Program-made: the position numbers and the translations under genes | In this document: piece after piece, positions 17,818 through 27,639 of the stretch | Numbering within the stretch: the first letter of the stretch is position 1 | Layout of the letters: every line of letters starts with the position of its first letter | Assembly (NCBI GenBank): GCA_963702425.1 | Contig: CAVPCQ010000011.1 | Location: forward strand, 1 to 64,000 | Length of the DNA: 64,000 nt | Direction of reading: 5' to 3' | Source: an uncultured Acidobacteriota bacterium | Lineage (GTDB): Bacteria > Acidobacteriota > Polarisedimenticolia > J045 | Notes under the pieces: generated by a model | What the model saw: the letters and a program-made list of their open reading frames with translations, nothing else | Databases searched by the model: none | Told to the model about the DNA's origin: nothing

Positions 17818-19803
17818 GTGGGTTCCGATGCGCGCGGGGAGCTGACGGCGACGGGCGGGCGGACGGCGCGTCCCGGAACTGGACCGCGCCTCGCGATCCG
17901 GGCGCTCCTCGGGCTGGCTGCCGTCCTCCTCACGCTGCCTGCCACACCGGCGGCGACCTGCGGCGACGGGACGGTCGAACCGGGCGAGCAGTGCGACGAC
18001 GGATCGTTGCAGAACGGCGGCGCGAACTCCTGCTGCACGACCTCGTGCACGTTCAGCGGGAAGTCCCCCGACGTCATCGTCGGCGAACTCTCCGGCCGCA
18101 CGCGGTGGGGTGTCATCGGGGGGATCCACGCCTTCTCGGTCGGCACCACCTCCTGCAACCTCGGCTCGTGCTGGCTGAACTGGTTCTCCACCACGAACAA
18201 GCACCCGGTCATCGCCCAGAACATGTACCGCCTCCGGGACGGACGCTTCGAGCAGATCGGCCAGAGCTGGGTGAAGCACGGCTTCTCGGCGCTCGCGGGG
18301 ACCGTCTGCTCCAGCGCGTGCATCGCGCCCCCGGACGGTACGCACCTGGGCGTCAACTGCTCCGACCCCTACAGCAGCTCGCTCAACGGGTCCCAGACCC
18401 GCCTGGGGCCGAAATTCGAGGTCAATCCCAACACCGGCGTGTTCCCCTACCCGCCGACGGACGGGTCGCGAACGGGCAATTCGATCTACAAGCGCCTGCA
18501 GGTCCGCAGCGTCGACCTCGACCCGGCGCAGAACCCCGGTGCGCTCTACTGGGTCGAGGCTCAGTACGTGACCGGCGACGACGCATCGTCCAGCAATCAG
18601 AACAACAACGCGTCCTCCCGAACGGTCACCGTCTCGACCCTGTCACCGGCGAATTTCGACATCACCCTGACCGGTACGACGCAGCGGATGAAGACCGCGC
18701 TCGAGCAGTGGGCGACGCTCGATCCGGAGGTGGTCCTGACGAACACCGCCGTCCCCGGCGACGGCCGGGTCATCCTGGCGGCACGGGTGACCGGCCTGGG
18801 CGGCGGCGTCTACCACTACGAGTACGCCTTCCTCAACCTGAACGCCGAGCGCGCGGTGGGAAGCTTCAGCGTCCCGATCCCGCCCGGTGCCAACGTGAGC
18901 AACGTCGGCTTCCACGACGTCGACTACCACAGCGGCGAGCCGTTCTCGGGGGTCGACTGGCCGTCGACGGTCGATGCTGGTTCCGTCAGCTGGAGGACCG
19001 AGAGCTACGCGACGAATCCCAACGCCAACGCGCTGCGCTGGGGGACGCTCTACAACTTCCGCTTCGACGCCGACGTGCCGCCGGGCAACTTCGCGATCAC
19101 GGCGGGGATCTTCAAGCCGGGCAGCCCGGCCTCGTTCACGGTCGACACGCTCGCACCCGCGTTGTGCAACAACGACGGCATCTGCCAGCCGGGTGAGAAC
19201 TGCACCCTCTGCCCCTCCGACTGCTCCGGCCAGGGGGGTGGCGCGGGATGCTGCGGGGATGCCGTTTGCGACCCGGGCGAGAACCCCTGCCGGTGCGCCG
19301 CCGATTGCGGTCCCCAGCAAGCGGGCGAATTCTCGTGCCAGAACCTCATTGATGACGACTGCGACGGACCGAGCGACTGCGCCGACGTCGACTGCTGCAG
19401 CGACGCGGCCTGTGCGGGGGTGGACCACGACGGTGACGGGCGTCCGTGCGACTGCGACGACGCGAATCCCCTCGTCTGGTCGCCGCCAGGCGAGGTGCGG
19501 AACCTGTTGCTGTCGGGCCCGCCGAACGCGACCGGCCTGACGTGGAGTCCGCCGGCCGATCGGGGAGCAATCGCGGTCACCTACCAGGTGATCCGCTCGG
19601 CCGATCCAGCCGACTTCGTCACGGCCGCGAGCTGCCTCGCCTTGCCGGACCCTGCGCTGCCGACCACCACCGATTCCACCCTGCCGGCCCCAGGCCAGGC
19701 GCTCCACTACCTGGCCCGGGCGAAGAACGGCTGCCCGTCGGGACTCGGGCCGCTGGGCTCCGATTCGGCCGGCCGGCCGATCTCCGGCCGGAACTGCCCT
19801 TGA
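17818..19803 (+). CDS. Secreted Cys-rich protein of unknown function with shared C-terminal domain
   Basis: GTG at 17818 after GGGAGG (start uncertain). Signal peptide, myxococcal-type CGDGTVEPGEQCDDG repeat, globular core (DVIVGEL...GTTSCN...HPVIAQN...KHGF), further Cys/Asp-rich repeats, FN3-like C-terminal domain. Confidence 0.85.
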   Translation: MGSDARGELTATGGRTARPGTGPRLAIRALLGLAAVLLTLPATPAATCGDGTVEPGEQCDDGSLQNGGANSCCTTSCTFSGKSPDVIVGELSGRTRWGVIGGIHAFSVGTTSCNLGSCWLNWFSTTNKHPVIAQNMYRLRDGRFEQIGQSWVKHGFSALAGTVCSSACIAPPDGTHLGVNCSDPYSSSLNGSQTRLGPKFEVNPNTGVFPYPPTDGSRTGNSIYKRLQVRSVDLDPAQNPGALYWVEAQYVTGDDASSSNQNNNASSRTVTVSTLSPANFDITLTGTTQRMKTALEQWATLDPEVVLTNTAVPGDGRVILAARVTGLGGGVYHYEYAFLNLNAERAVGSFSVPIPPGANVSNVGFHDVDYHSGEPFSGVDWPSTVDAGSVSWRTESYATNPNANALRWGTLYNFRFDADVPPGNFAITAGIFKPGSPASFTVDTLAPALCNNDGICQPGENCTLCPSDCSGQGGGAGCCGDAVCDPGENPCRCAADCGPQQAGEFSCQNLIDDDCDGPSDCADVDCCSDAACAGVDHDGDGRPCDCDDANPLVWSPPGEVRNLLLSGPPNATGLTWSPPADRGAIAVTYQVIRSADPADFVTAASCLALPDPALPTTTDSTLPAPGQALHYLARAKNGCPSGLGPLGSDSAGRPISGRNCP

Positions 19804-19842
19804 CGCTACCCGGCGGAAGGAGCCCGCGGCCGGCAAGGCGGC

Positions 19843-21786
19843 ATGGCGCAGAAGGGTAGCCCGGCGCGCCGCGGCCGGTGCGGGGTCGGGATCGACGTCG
19901 CCGACCCGGCGCTTCCGGTCGCCGGCACCGGCTCGCTGTCGCACGTTCGCGCCTCGCGGCGGAGCCGGTGGCGCGCGGCGGTGCTGCTCGGCGTGCAGGG
20001 GCTGATCGCCCTGCACATCGCGCACTTCGCCGTCGCGGGCCGCACGCTCTCTCCCGTCGAACCGTCCGAGTCGATGTACACCCTCGAACTCGGCTTCGTG
20101 AATGCCGGCTTCATCTTCTTCGCGGTGGCGCTGCTCGGAACGCTGATCTTCGGCCGCTTCTTCTGCGGCTGGGCCTGCCACCTCGTCGCGCTCCAGGACG
20201 CGTGCGCCTGGATCATGAAGAAGCTCGGCATCCGGCCGCGGCCGTTCCGTTCGCGACTGCTCGCACTCGCTCCGGCGGCCGTGGCGTTCTACATGTTCGG
20301 CTGGCCGACGCTCGCGCGGATCGCCGCGGGCGACGCGGCGCCGCCCTTCCCGGGGTTCACCAACCACCTCGTGACGACGTCGTTCTGGGCCACCTTCCCC
20401 GGACCGCTCTTCACGGCGCTCACGTTCCTGACCTGCGGCTTCGCGGCCGTCTATGTCCTGGGATCGAAGGGGTTCTGCACCTACGGCTGTCCGTACGGGG
20501 CGCTGTTCGGCGGTTTCGACCGCCTCGCACCAGGCCGCATCGTGGTCAGCGATGCCTGCGAGCAGTGCGGCCACTGCACGGCGACGTGCACCTCCAACGT
20601 GCGCGTCCACGAGGAGGTGCGGCTCTACGGGATGATCGTCGACAGCGGCTGCATGAAGTGCCTCGACTGCGTCAGCGTCTGCCCCAAGGGTGCGCTCAGC
20701 TACTCGTTCGCGCGGCCCGCGCTGCTCGTGCGCAAGCCGGCCGCCCGCCCCGCGCGGCGGTACGAACTCGGGCTCGCCGAGGAGCTCTTCGTCGCCGCGG
20801 TCGCCCTTGCGGCCACGCTCTCGTTCCGCGGCCTCTACGATGGGCCGCCGCTGCTGATGTCGGTCGGTCTCGGGAGCATCACGGCCTTCGTCGCGCTGAC
20901 GCTGCTGCGGCTCGCCCGCGAGCCGGCGGTGCGCGTGCAGAACCTGGCGCTCAAGGCCGGGGGCCGGATGCGGGCGCAAGGGTGGGCCTTCGCGGCCCTC
21001 GCCGCGGGCCTGATCCTGTTCACCGCGCACAGCGGTTTCGTGCAGTGGCACCGCGCCTGGGGGCGCTTCCATCTCGAGCGGACCGAGGCCGCGCGCGCGG
21101 ACGTGCTGAGCGGCGCCTTCCGCGAGAAGCGCTACACGGAGCGGCACGGGAACGCCGTCACCGCGGCCCTCGCGCACTTCTCCGTCGCCGACCGCTGGGG
21201 GCTGAAGGACGTCCCGGAGATCAAGCTGGGCCTCGCCTGGTGCCACCTGCTGCAGGGGGAGCCCGCCGCCGCCGAGGCCGACGTCCGCGCGGCGGTGGCC
21301 GTGCGCCCCGACGACGCGACCCTCCAGCAGAACCTCGCCGAGATCCTGCTGGCCGAGGGGCGCCTCCCCGAGGCGATCGACGCGCTGTCGCGCCGGTTCG
21401 CGCTCGCGCCGCCGACCGCCGCGGAGCGGTTCCAGTTCGCCGGGCTGCTCGCCGATGCGGGACGGCTCGACGAAGCCGCACTGGAGTTCGCCGCCTGCGT
21501 CGCGGCGACGCCCGACTCCGCTCCCGCGCGCTACAACCTCGGCGGCGTGCTGCGGCGGCTCGGCCGCTACGACGCCGCGATCGAGCAGCTCCTCGCGGCG
21601 CGGCGGCTCGACCCGCAGGACGCCGACACCGAGGTCGAGCTGGGCCTGGCCTGCATGGCCGCCGGCCGGAACGCGGAGGCGCTCGCGGCGCTGGAGCACG
21701 CCGTCGCGCTCGCGCCGGACAGCCCGGAAGCGCGGATGCACCTGCCGGCGCTCATTCGCCAGCTCGAGGAGTCGCGCACCCGGTAG
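19843..21786 (+). CDS. NapH/MauN-like membrane polyferredoxin with C-terminal TPR repeats
   Basis: GRFFCGWACH, FCTYGCPYG, CEQCGHCTATC, CMKCLDCVSVCP, multiple TMs, several TPRs. Confidence 0.88.
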   Translation: MAQKGSPARRGRCGVGIDVADPALPVAGTGSLSHVRASRRSRWRAAVLLGVQGLIALHIAHFAVAGRTLSPVEPSESMYTLELGFVNAGFIFFAVALLGTLIFGRFFCGWACHLVALQDACAWIMKKLGIRPRPFRSRLLALAPAAVAFYMFGWPTLARIAAGDAAPPFPGFTNHLVTTSFWATFPGPLFTALTFLTCGFAAVYVLGSKGFCTYGCPYGALFGGFDRLAPGRIVVSDACEQCGHCTATCTSNVRVHEEVRLYGMIVDSGCMKCLDCVSVCPKGALSYSFARPALLVRKPAARPARRYELGLAEELFVAAVALAATLSFRGLYDGPPLLMSVGLGSITAFVALTLLRLAREPAVRVQNLALKAGGRMRAQGWAFAALAAGLILFTAHSGFVQWHRAWGRFHLERTEAARADVLSGAFREKRYTERHGNAVTAALAHFSVADRWGLKDVPEIKLGLAWCHLLQGEPAAAEADVRAAVAVRPDDATLQQNLAEILLAEGRLPEAIDALSRRFALAPPTAAERFQFAGLLADAGRLDEAALEFAACVAATPDSAPARYNLGGVLRRLGRYDAAIEQLLAARRLDPQDADTEVELGLACMAAGRNAEALAALEHAVALAPDSPEARMHLPALIRQLEESRTR

Positions 21787-21894
21787 CGCAGTTCACGCCG
21801 CCGGTGGGTGACCGGTCCGCTTCGCCTTCCACTCGCCGCCTGCGCCGCGTGACCCGCGCCGGCAGTGACCCCGCCGACCGGCCTGGACGCGCTC

Positions 21895-24762
21895 CTACGG
21901 CGTGCAGCTGCCTCCCAGCGCCCGCGGCTTCACGCAGGGCGCGATGGCGGGCACCGCTGCCGGGCGCTCCTGCCCTGCGGAGTCCTTGCCGTAGGAACCT
22001 TCGTTGGACCCGTTCTGCGCGACGACCACGAAGTAGAGCACGGAGCCGGCGGCCGGCGCGGGGAGATCGAGCTCCGCGCTGCCGCGCGAGCCCAGGTTGC
22101 ACTGCGCCCCGGCCCACTGTGGCGCCGAGGTGATCCGTCCCGTGCCCCAGTACGCGGCGTGGTCGGCGGCGCCGCAGCCCGGCGTGAAGCCGAGCGACGT
22201 GCGGCCGTCTCCGTTCCGTTGCGCGGTCATCGGTGAGCTGGCAGGGCTCGCCTCCTGGGGGTTCGGATCGGCGCTCGCCGAGGGCACGAAGCGCGCCTTG
22301 AGCGTCGCGTTGCCGACGAGCGTCACCTTCGCGGTCGCGGCCGACGGATTGTCGAGCCATCCGTCGCCGGTGAGTTCCCAGCGCAAGAAGCGGTAGCCCC
22401 CCGCCGGCGCCGCCGACACGCTGGTCGCGACGGCGAGCGCGACGCTGCGCGCGCCGGCTGCGGGTGTCGTCGATCCCGCGCCCGCGGGGGTGACGGCGAT
22501 CGTCAGCGTGCGCGCGGGCAACGGGCTGTCCTGGGCGAGCACGCGCACATTGTCGACCTGCCAGGTCGCCGCTCCCGTGAGCCACTGGTTCGACCCGTTC
22601 GGGGCGCCGACGAGGTGCCAGCGCAGGCGGGCGCGCGGGCGGTGCGCCGCGCTCGTGGGCAGGTCGAGCGCTTCGGATTCCGCCCCCAGCGTGTTCCACG
22701 ACCACGGGGTCCACGCGTACGACGCAAGAGTCTGCCACGTTGCGCCGCCGTCATAGCTGACATCGACCTGGCGGAGGCTCGGTTCCGGGGAGCTGTTCTG
22801 CCGCCAGGCACTGTCGAAAAGCACCCGGACGCTCCCGAGGGCGGACCAGTCCATGTCCGGCGTGACCAGGACCTCGTTGAGGATGTGGGGCCGGTAGAAG
22901 AAGTTGTCGGCGGTCATGAAGGTGCCTGCCAGCGGCGGCGGCACGGCGAGGTGGCCCGGATTCTGGTCCGTCCAGGTCTCGGGTGTCCCGGTCGTGCCGC
23001 CGTCGGTCCCGCCATTGATCACGCCCCACCCGCGCTGACGCGCGCGAACGAGCCCGCCCTCGAAGTCCTCGGAGAGCAGGGCGGGAAACCCCGTGGTCAG
23101 GTCGGTCCTGGAGACGACGGCCGTCGCGTCGGCCGTCGCCGGCGTGTCGCTGGCGGTGGACGTGCTGCTCGCACGCACGTCGACCGCCTGGAAGTTCGAG
23201 AGGATCGACGCGTTGCCGGCCGTGGAATCCTGCAATTCGGCGTACCACCGGTACGGGCGGATGTCCCCGGCGAGGTCGGTCATGTCGATCACGAAGTGGC
23301 CGTCGACGGCCGCCGTGGTCCCGGCGAAGCCGTAGTTGCCACCGTTGTAGTAGACCGCGTTCTGCGTGAACCAGGTGTCCGCGGACGTCTTCGAGGGACT
23401 CGACACACCGACCCGGACGCCGACCTGACCACGCATGGCGGTGTTGAGGGTGAGTTGGCCGACGACGAGCGGCGTGTAGGCCGGTCGCGCGGTGATCCAG
23501 TACACGGCGCTCGACCAGAACGCGCTCTGGCGCCCCGTCGAGGGACCGCCCGCCACGCCCGAGACCGCCTTCAGCGCGTCGTACGCCAGCCAGGTGAACC
23601 CGCCGTCGCGCCAACCGCTGCCCCACGAGTTCGCGATGCGAAGCGCGCCCCTCTCGCCGGGGTCGACCGTGCCGTTGGCGTTGATGTCGGCCCAGAGCGA
23701 GTCGTCATAGCCGACTACGGTCATCCCGTGACCGCCACTCGACCCGTTGACCCAGGTGGCAACGTCCTTGCCGACGTAGGCGTCGTCGGCCGTGGTCGAC
23801 GGGTCGTTGACGACCTTGCCGAACTGCCAGCTGGAGATGTAGGTCGCGTAGTTGACCACGAATCCGTTTACGAGCAGCTGCTTCAGCTGGGTCAGGCCGC
23901 TGTCGGTGTCGACTCCATGGATCGCGCCGGTCTGGGCAATGCGGTAGTCGAGCGCGCTGCGCCACGTCGCGAAATCGGTCGGCCACTTGAGGTAGTTCAG
24001 CGGGTCGCTGCGGTTGCCGACGTAGGGGAAGTCCTTCCAGTGCGGCGTGCCGTTGGTCTGCATGACAGCGTACGCCGTCGTGAGCCACGAGCCGTTATCG
24101 CCGCCGCCGTTGATCAGGTTGTAGGTGAAGGCCGGCGAGAACGCGACGGCGCGCGTGGGATCGCTCTTCGCGTTGCACCCGCGCACGAGGCAGGTCATGT
24201 GGGTCAGCGTGTAATAGGTCGTCGAGAAGCAGGCGCACGAGCCGATGCTCCCCTGGGTGTCGATCGGCGGGAACGCGTCGAGCTTGCTGTTGTCGACGCT
24301 GGGGGGGAGCGGGGGCGAGCCCGCCGGGGCGGCCGGCGCGAGCGGCGTCTCGAAGGTCGCCGCGGCCTCGGGGTCCTGGGGCAGGACCTCCTCGCCGAAG
24401 GGGACCGGCGGCTCGAGGCCCGCTGAGACCGGCGCTTCGCCGGGGCCGTTGCCGCCGTCCCCCTGCAGGAACTCGGAGACGCGCTGCCAGCCGAGCGGGT
24501 TCAGACGCACGCGACCGGTGTGCACGAGGTGCCGATCCATCCAGTCGCGCTCCGCGGCGGTCGGCGGACGCAGGCCGGTGGCGTAGGACTGCTCAGGCTG
24601 ATCCGCGTCTCCCTTCCGGTCCGACGGTTCCGGCGCATCTCCGTTGGGAGTGCGGGGCGGCTGCGCCCACGAGATGGGGCCCGCACAGGCGCAGAGCACG
24701 GCGACGACGATGATCGCGAGGCGGCGAGCGGAGCGGGCGGGGGTGCGTGGACGGGCGGGCAT
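21895..24762 (-). CDS. Secreted papain-like (C1A) cysteine protease, multidomain, with shared C-terminal domain
   Basis: QGSIGSCACFS (oxyanion Gln and catalytic Cys), GGHGMTVVGY (His), IANSWG (Asn). Accessory beta domains, an InlB-B-like repeat (GYRFLRW), and the C-terminal Cys domain. Confidence 0.9.
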   Translation of the reverse strand: MPARPRTPARSARRLAIIVVAVLCACAGPISWAQPPRTPNGDAPEPSDRKGDADQPEQSYATGLRPPTAAERDWMDRHLVHTGRVRLNPLGWQRVSEFLQGDGGNGPGEAPVSAGLEPPVPFGEEVLPQDPEAAATFETPLAPAAPAGSPPLPPSVDNSKLDAFPPIDTQGSIGSCACFSTTYYTLTHMTCLVRGCNAKSDPTRAVAFSPAFTYNLINGGGDNGSWLTTAYAVMQTNGTPHWKDFPYVGNRSDPLNYLKWPTDFATWRSALDYRIAQTGAIHGVDTDSGLTQLKQLLVNGFVVNYATYISSWQFGKVVNDPSTTADDAYVGKDVATWVNGSSGGHGMTVVGYDDSLWADINANGTVDPGERGALRIANSWGSGWRDGGFTWLAYDALKAVSGVAGGPSTGRQSAFWSSAVYWITARPAYTPLVVGQLTLNTAMRGQVGVRVGVSSPSKTSADTWFTQNAVYYNGGNYGFAGTTAAVDGHFVIDMTDLAGDIRPYRWYAELQDSTAGNASILSNFQAVDVRASSTSTASDTPATADATAVVSRTDLTTGFPALLSEDFEGGLVRARQRGWGVINGGTDGGTTGTPETWTDQNPGHLAVPPPLAGTFMTADNFFYRPHILNEVLVTPDMDWSALGSVRVLFDSAWRQNSSPEPSLRQVDVSYDGGATWQTLASYAWTPWSWNTLGAESEALDLPTSAAHRPRARLRWHLVGAPNGSNQWLTGAATWQVDNVRVLAQDSPLPARTLTIAVTPAGAGSTTPAAGARSVALAVATSVSAAPAGGYRFLRWELTGDGWLDNPSAATAKVTLVGNATLKARFVPSASADPNPQEASPASSPMTAQRNGDGRTSLGFTPGCGAADHAAYWGTGRITSAPQWAGAQCNLGSRGSAELDLPAPAAGSVLYFVVVAQNGSNEGSYGKDSAGQERPAAVPAIAPCVKPRALGGSCTP

Positions 24763-25078
24763 GAGTGAACACCTCCCTCCGCCGGACTCCCCGGACCGCG
24801 GAGGCTTGGGTCTCGGCCGAAATCTAGGGCTGCCGCGGGCAAATCGCCCGCACCGACAGGCCGACGAGGCGGCGCCGCCAGCCCGTTCAGCGGACTCCGC
24901 ATCCTGCCGTGTTCCTCAGTGATCGCGGTCTGCCGTTCGGATCCGCGCCGCAGCGCGGAGAATCGAGCCATGAACGGGACGAAAAAGCGCGCCGTCCCAG
25001 GGCCGTCTGTCCGATCTCCCGGTTCGGAGCCTGCTCCGGGGGGCAGGTCGGATCGGGGCGCCCCCGTCGTGGCCTGGC

Positions 25079-25134
25079 TTGACTTCGGGTTTCGCGTGAG
25101 ACAGACTTGTCTCATGAGAGACAAACGAGTCTCA
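25079..25134 (+). promoter_or_regulatory. Promoter and TetR operators (probably leaderless transcript)
   Basis: TTGACT (25079-84), 17 nt spacer, CAGACT (25102-07). Palindrome TGAGACA-GACT-TGTCTCA at 25097-25114 and a related GAGAC-N6-GTCTC at 25118-25133. Confidence 0.6.
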
Positions 25135-25689
25135 CAAGCAGAGATCCTCGCCGCCGCCGCCGCGGTCCTCTCCTCGAACCCCGGCGCCTCGCTGGACGAG
25201 GTCGCGCGTGCTGCGAAACTGAGCCGAGCCACCTTGTACCGCTCCTACCCCAGCCGCGAGGCGCTCTTGCGGGCGGCAGCCCTCGACGCGCTGACCTCCG
25301 TCGAGACCGGCTTGAAGGGGCTCCCCCTGAAACGAGGGGATCCCCTCTCAACGCTCGAGCGGGTCGCGGAGGTGCTCGTCCCCCTGGGAGCGAAGTTCCA
25401 TTTCCTCGCTTCGGAAGACTGGCTGGAGAAGGACCGGAAGGTAGCCTCGCGCCTGAGGACGCTCGAGGACGCGATCACCAGCGTGCTCGCAAGGGCGCGG
25501 GCTCAGCAGCTCCTCTCCGCTGCCCCCCCGATCGAATGGCAACTCCGCGTCTTCATGGCCCTGGTGTACGCGGGCTGGGAGTGCATCGGCGACCAGATCT
25601 TCGTGCCGCGCGATGCCGTCCGCGCCGTCGTGTCTTCGTTCCTCGGCGGCCAGCAGGCGCCGCTCGCCGCAAGCGGGCGGAAACCCTGA
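25114..25689 (+). CDS. TetR/AcrR family transcriptional regulator
   Basis: ILAAAAAVL...ASLDEVARAAKLSRATLYRSYPSREAL HTH. Confidence 0.9.
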   Translation: MRDKRVSQAEILAAAAAVLSSNPGASLDEVARAAKLSRATLYRSYPSREALLRAAALDALTSVETGLKGLPLKRGDPLSTLERVAEVLVPLGAKFHFLASEDWLEKDRKVASRLRTLEDAITSVLARARAQQLLSAAPPIEWQLRVFMALVYAGWECIGDQIFVPRDAVRAVVSSFLGGQQAPLAASGRKP

Positions 25690-25727
25690 CGCCGGGCGCT
25701 TCACAGGATGCGTCCTTGGAGGTGGCT

Positions 25728-27128
25728 GTGAAACGACGCGACTTCATCAGAAAGGGGCTCATCGGAGCTGGCGGTCTTGCCGTGGCCGGACTCGGTCTCG
25801 AACGAGCGGCGCCTCGATTGTGGAGAGAGCGCGTCTCGGTCGAGCCGAACACTGCCTTCTGGGCTAAGGCCACCCCCCGCAGAGCTCCGCAGCTGACTCG
25901 GGACCTGGAAGCAGACATCGTCGTCGTCGGCGGGGGCATCACCGGCCTCTCGTCGGCGCTCGCGCTGCGACGCAACGCACCCGAGAAGCGGGTCGTCGTG
26001 CTCGAGGCGCGGGGCATCGGCAATGGGGCTTCGGGGCGCAGCGGCGGCTTCCTTCTCTCCTGGCCCTCCAACGAGTATATGCGTGTCGCGAGCACGCCCC
26101 AGCTGCACAGGCGCCTGTACGATCTCACGGCGACCGCAATGCACGAGGAGGTGGCGCTGGCGCATGCCGCCGGCTTCGAGACGGAAGCGGAGCTGAAGGG
26201 CGTGCTCATGACACTGCGCCCCGGCGACGTCGACGCGGCGCGGGCCTATGTCGACGAGGCGAAAGCAGCCGGTGTCCCGATCGAGTTCTGGAGCGCGGAG
26301 AAGACGCGCGCGACGCTCGGAGTGACCAACTGCGCCGGTGCGCTGTTCGACCCCAACGGCAGCCACGTCGACCCGATGCAGCTCACCCTGGGGCTCGGTG
26401 CTGCCGCGGCAAGCAGCGGAGCGCTCATCTTCGAGGACAGTCCCGTGGCGGAGGTCGAAGAGGGTGAGACGTTGCGCCTGCACCTGGCGGGTGGTCAGAC
26501 CGTGAAGGCGCCGGCCGTCGTGCTGGCAACGAACACCTGGACGACGCAGCTCGGCTTCTTCCGCAACGCGATCTTTCCGGCCCACAATTACATGGGGATC
26601 ACTCCGCCGCTGACCGCCGGAGAGCTGGCGCGCGCGGGGCTGCAAAGCCACCTGCCGTTCACGGATTCGCGCACCAACCTGATCTACATGGGGCTCACGC
26701 GCGAGAACCGCTTCCGCATCGGCGGCGGCTACTCGGACTACAGCTTCAACAACGGAACGGAAACGAACGGGAACGCCGCACTGGTCACGCCGGGACTGCG
26801 GCGCGAGCTCGGGGCGCTCTACCCGAGCCTCTCGGAGGTCCCCTTCGAAGCGGTGTGGGGAGGCGTCGTCGACTGCACCCTCGACAACGCCCCGTCGGTG
26901 GGGGTCACCGGCGATCACAGGAACATCTACTATGGCCTCGGTTACTGCGGCCACGGGATGGTGATGGCGTTTCTGGCAGGCCGGATCATCGGTGACCTCG
27001 CAACCGGCAGAGCAGCGGCATGGACGGACGTGCCGTTCGTCAACCGGAAGATGCCTTACATACCCAACGAGCCGTTCCGCTGGCTGGGCGCGAAGGGGTT
27101 CATCGCCGCGCTCGACCTCGTCGAGTAG
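25728..27128 (+). CDS. Tat-exported FAD-dependent oxidoreductase (DAO/PuuB-like family)
   Basis: GTG start after GGAGG; twin-arginine KRRDFI, VVGGGITG, GASGRSGG, YGLGYCGHG. Confidence 0.9.
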   Translation: MKRRDFIRKGLIGAGGLAVAGLGLERAAPRLWRERVSVEPNTAFWAKATPRRAPQLTRDLEADIVVVGGGITGLSSALALRRNAPEKRVVVLEARGIGNGASGRSGGFLLSWPSNEYMRVASTPQLHRRLYDLTATAMHEEVALAHAAGFETEAELKGVLMTLRPGDVDAARAYVDEAKAAGVPIEFWSAEKTRATLGVTNCAGALFDPNGSHVDPMQLTLGLGAAAASSGALIFEDSPVAEVEEGETLRLHLAGGQTVKAPAVVLATNTWTTQLGFFRNAIFPAHNYMGITPPLTAGELARAGLQSHLPFTDSRTNLIYMGLTRENRFRIGGGYSDYSFNNGTETNGNAALVTPGLRRELGALYPSLSEVPFEAVWGGVVDCTLDNAPSVGVTGDHRNIYYGLGYCGHGMVMAFLAGRIIGDLATGRAAAWTDVPFVNRKMPYIPNEPFRWLGAKGFIAALDLVE

Positions 27129-27159
27129 TGGAGGTGACAACGAGTAGTGGAGGTGACAA
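27122..27159. repeat. Exact 19 bp tandem duplication
   Basis: CGAGTAGTGGAGGTGACAA occurs twice and contains the stop codon plus an RBS. Confidence 0.9.
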
Positions 27160-27162
27160 AAG

Positions 27163-27639
27163 GTGAAACGGACGACGGCCTTGGTCGCTGCATCCCTCGT
27201 GTTCCTCATCGGTGCCGGGTCTCCCGAAGAGCGCTCATCGCTCGCCGCCGAACCCCGGGCCGGGGCGGTGCCGCCTGCGTATGCGGGTGTCTGGTTCACG
27301 CCGGACGAAGAAGCCAAGGTCCTCATCACCGAGCAGGGAGGCGAGTATTCCGGCAAGATCGTGTGGCTCAGAAGTCCGCACGACGACTTGGGGAACGCCG
27401 CGCGGGACAGCAAGAACCCGAACGCCTCCCTGCGCGGTCGAGCGCTTCTGGGACTGGTGATCCTCGGGGGCTTTGTGCTCCGTTCGGGAGAGCTCGTCGG
27501 CGGCACCCTCTACGACCCCACGGACGGCACGACGTACGACTGCCGGATGTGGCTGGAGGACGACTCGACGCTGAAGGTCAGGGGATACCTCGGCCCGTTG
27601 TTCGAGACCGAAACGTGGACGAAGTCGAGAGAGCAGTGA
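27163..27639 (+). CDS. DUF2147 domain secreted protein
   Basis: GVWFT...GKIVWL...DSKNPN...LLGLVIL...GTLYDPTDGTTY...LKVRGYLG. Confidence 0.9.
   Translation: MKRTTALVAASLVFLIGAGSPEERSSLAAEPRAGAVPPAYAGVWFTPDEEAKVLITEQGGEYSGKIVWLRSPHDDLGNAARDSKNPNASLRGRALLGLVILGGFVLRSGELVGGTLYDPTDGTTYDCRMWLEDDSTLKVRGYLGPLFETETWTKSREQ

Noticed and set aside
24770-25080. Possible riboswitch upstream of the C1A protease
   Set aside because: GC-rich hairpins, but no recognisable c-di-GMP, c-di-AMP, cobalamin or other consensus by eye.
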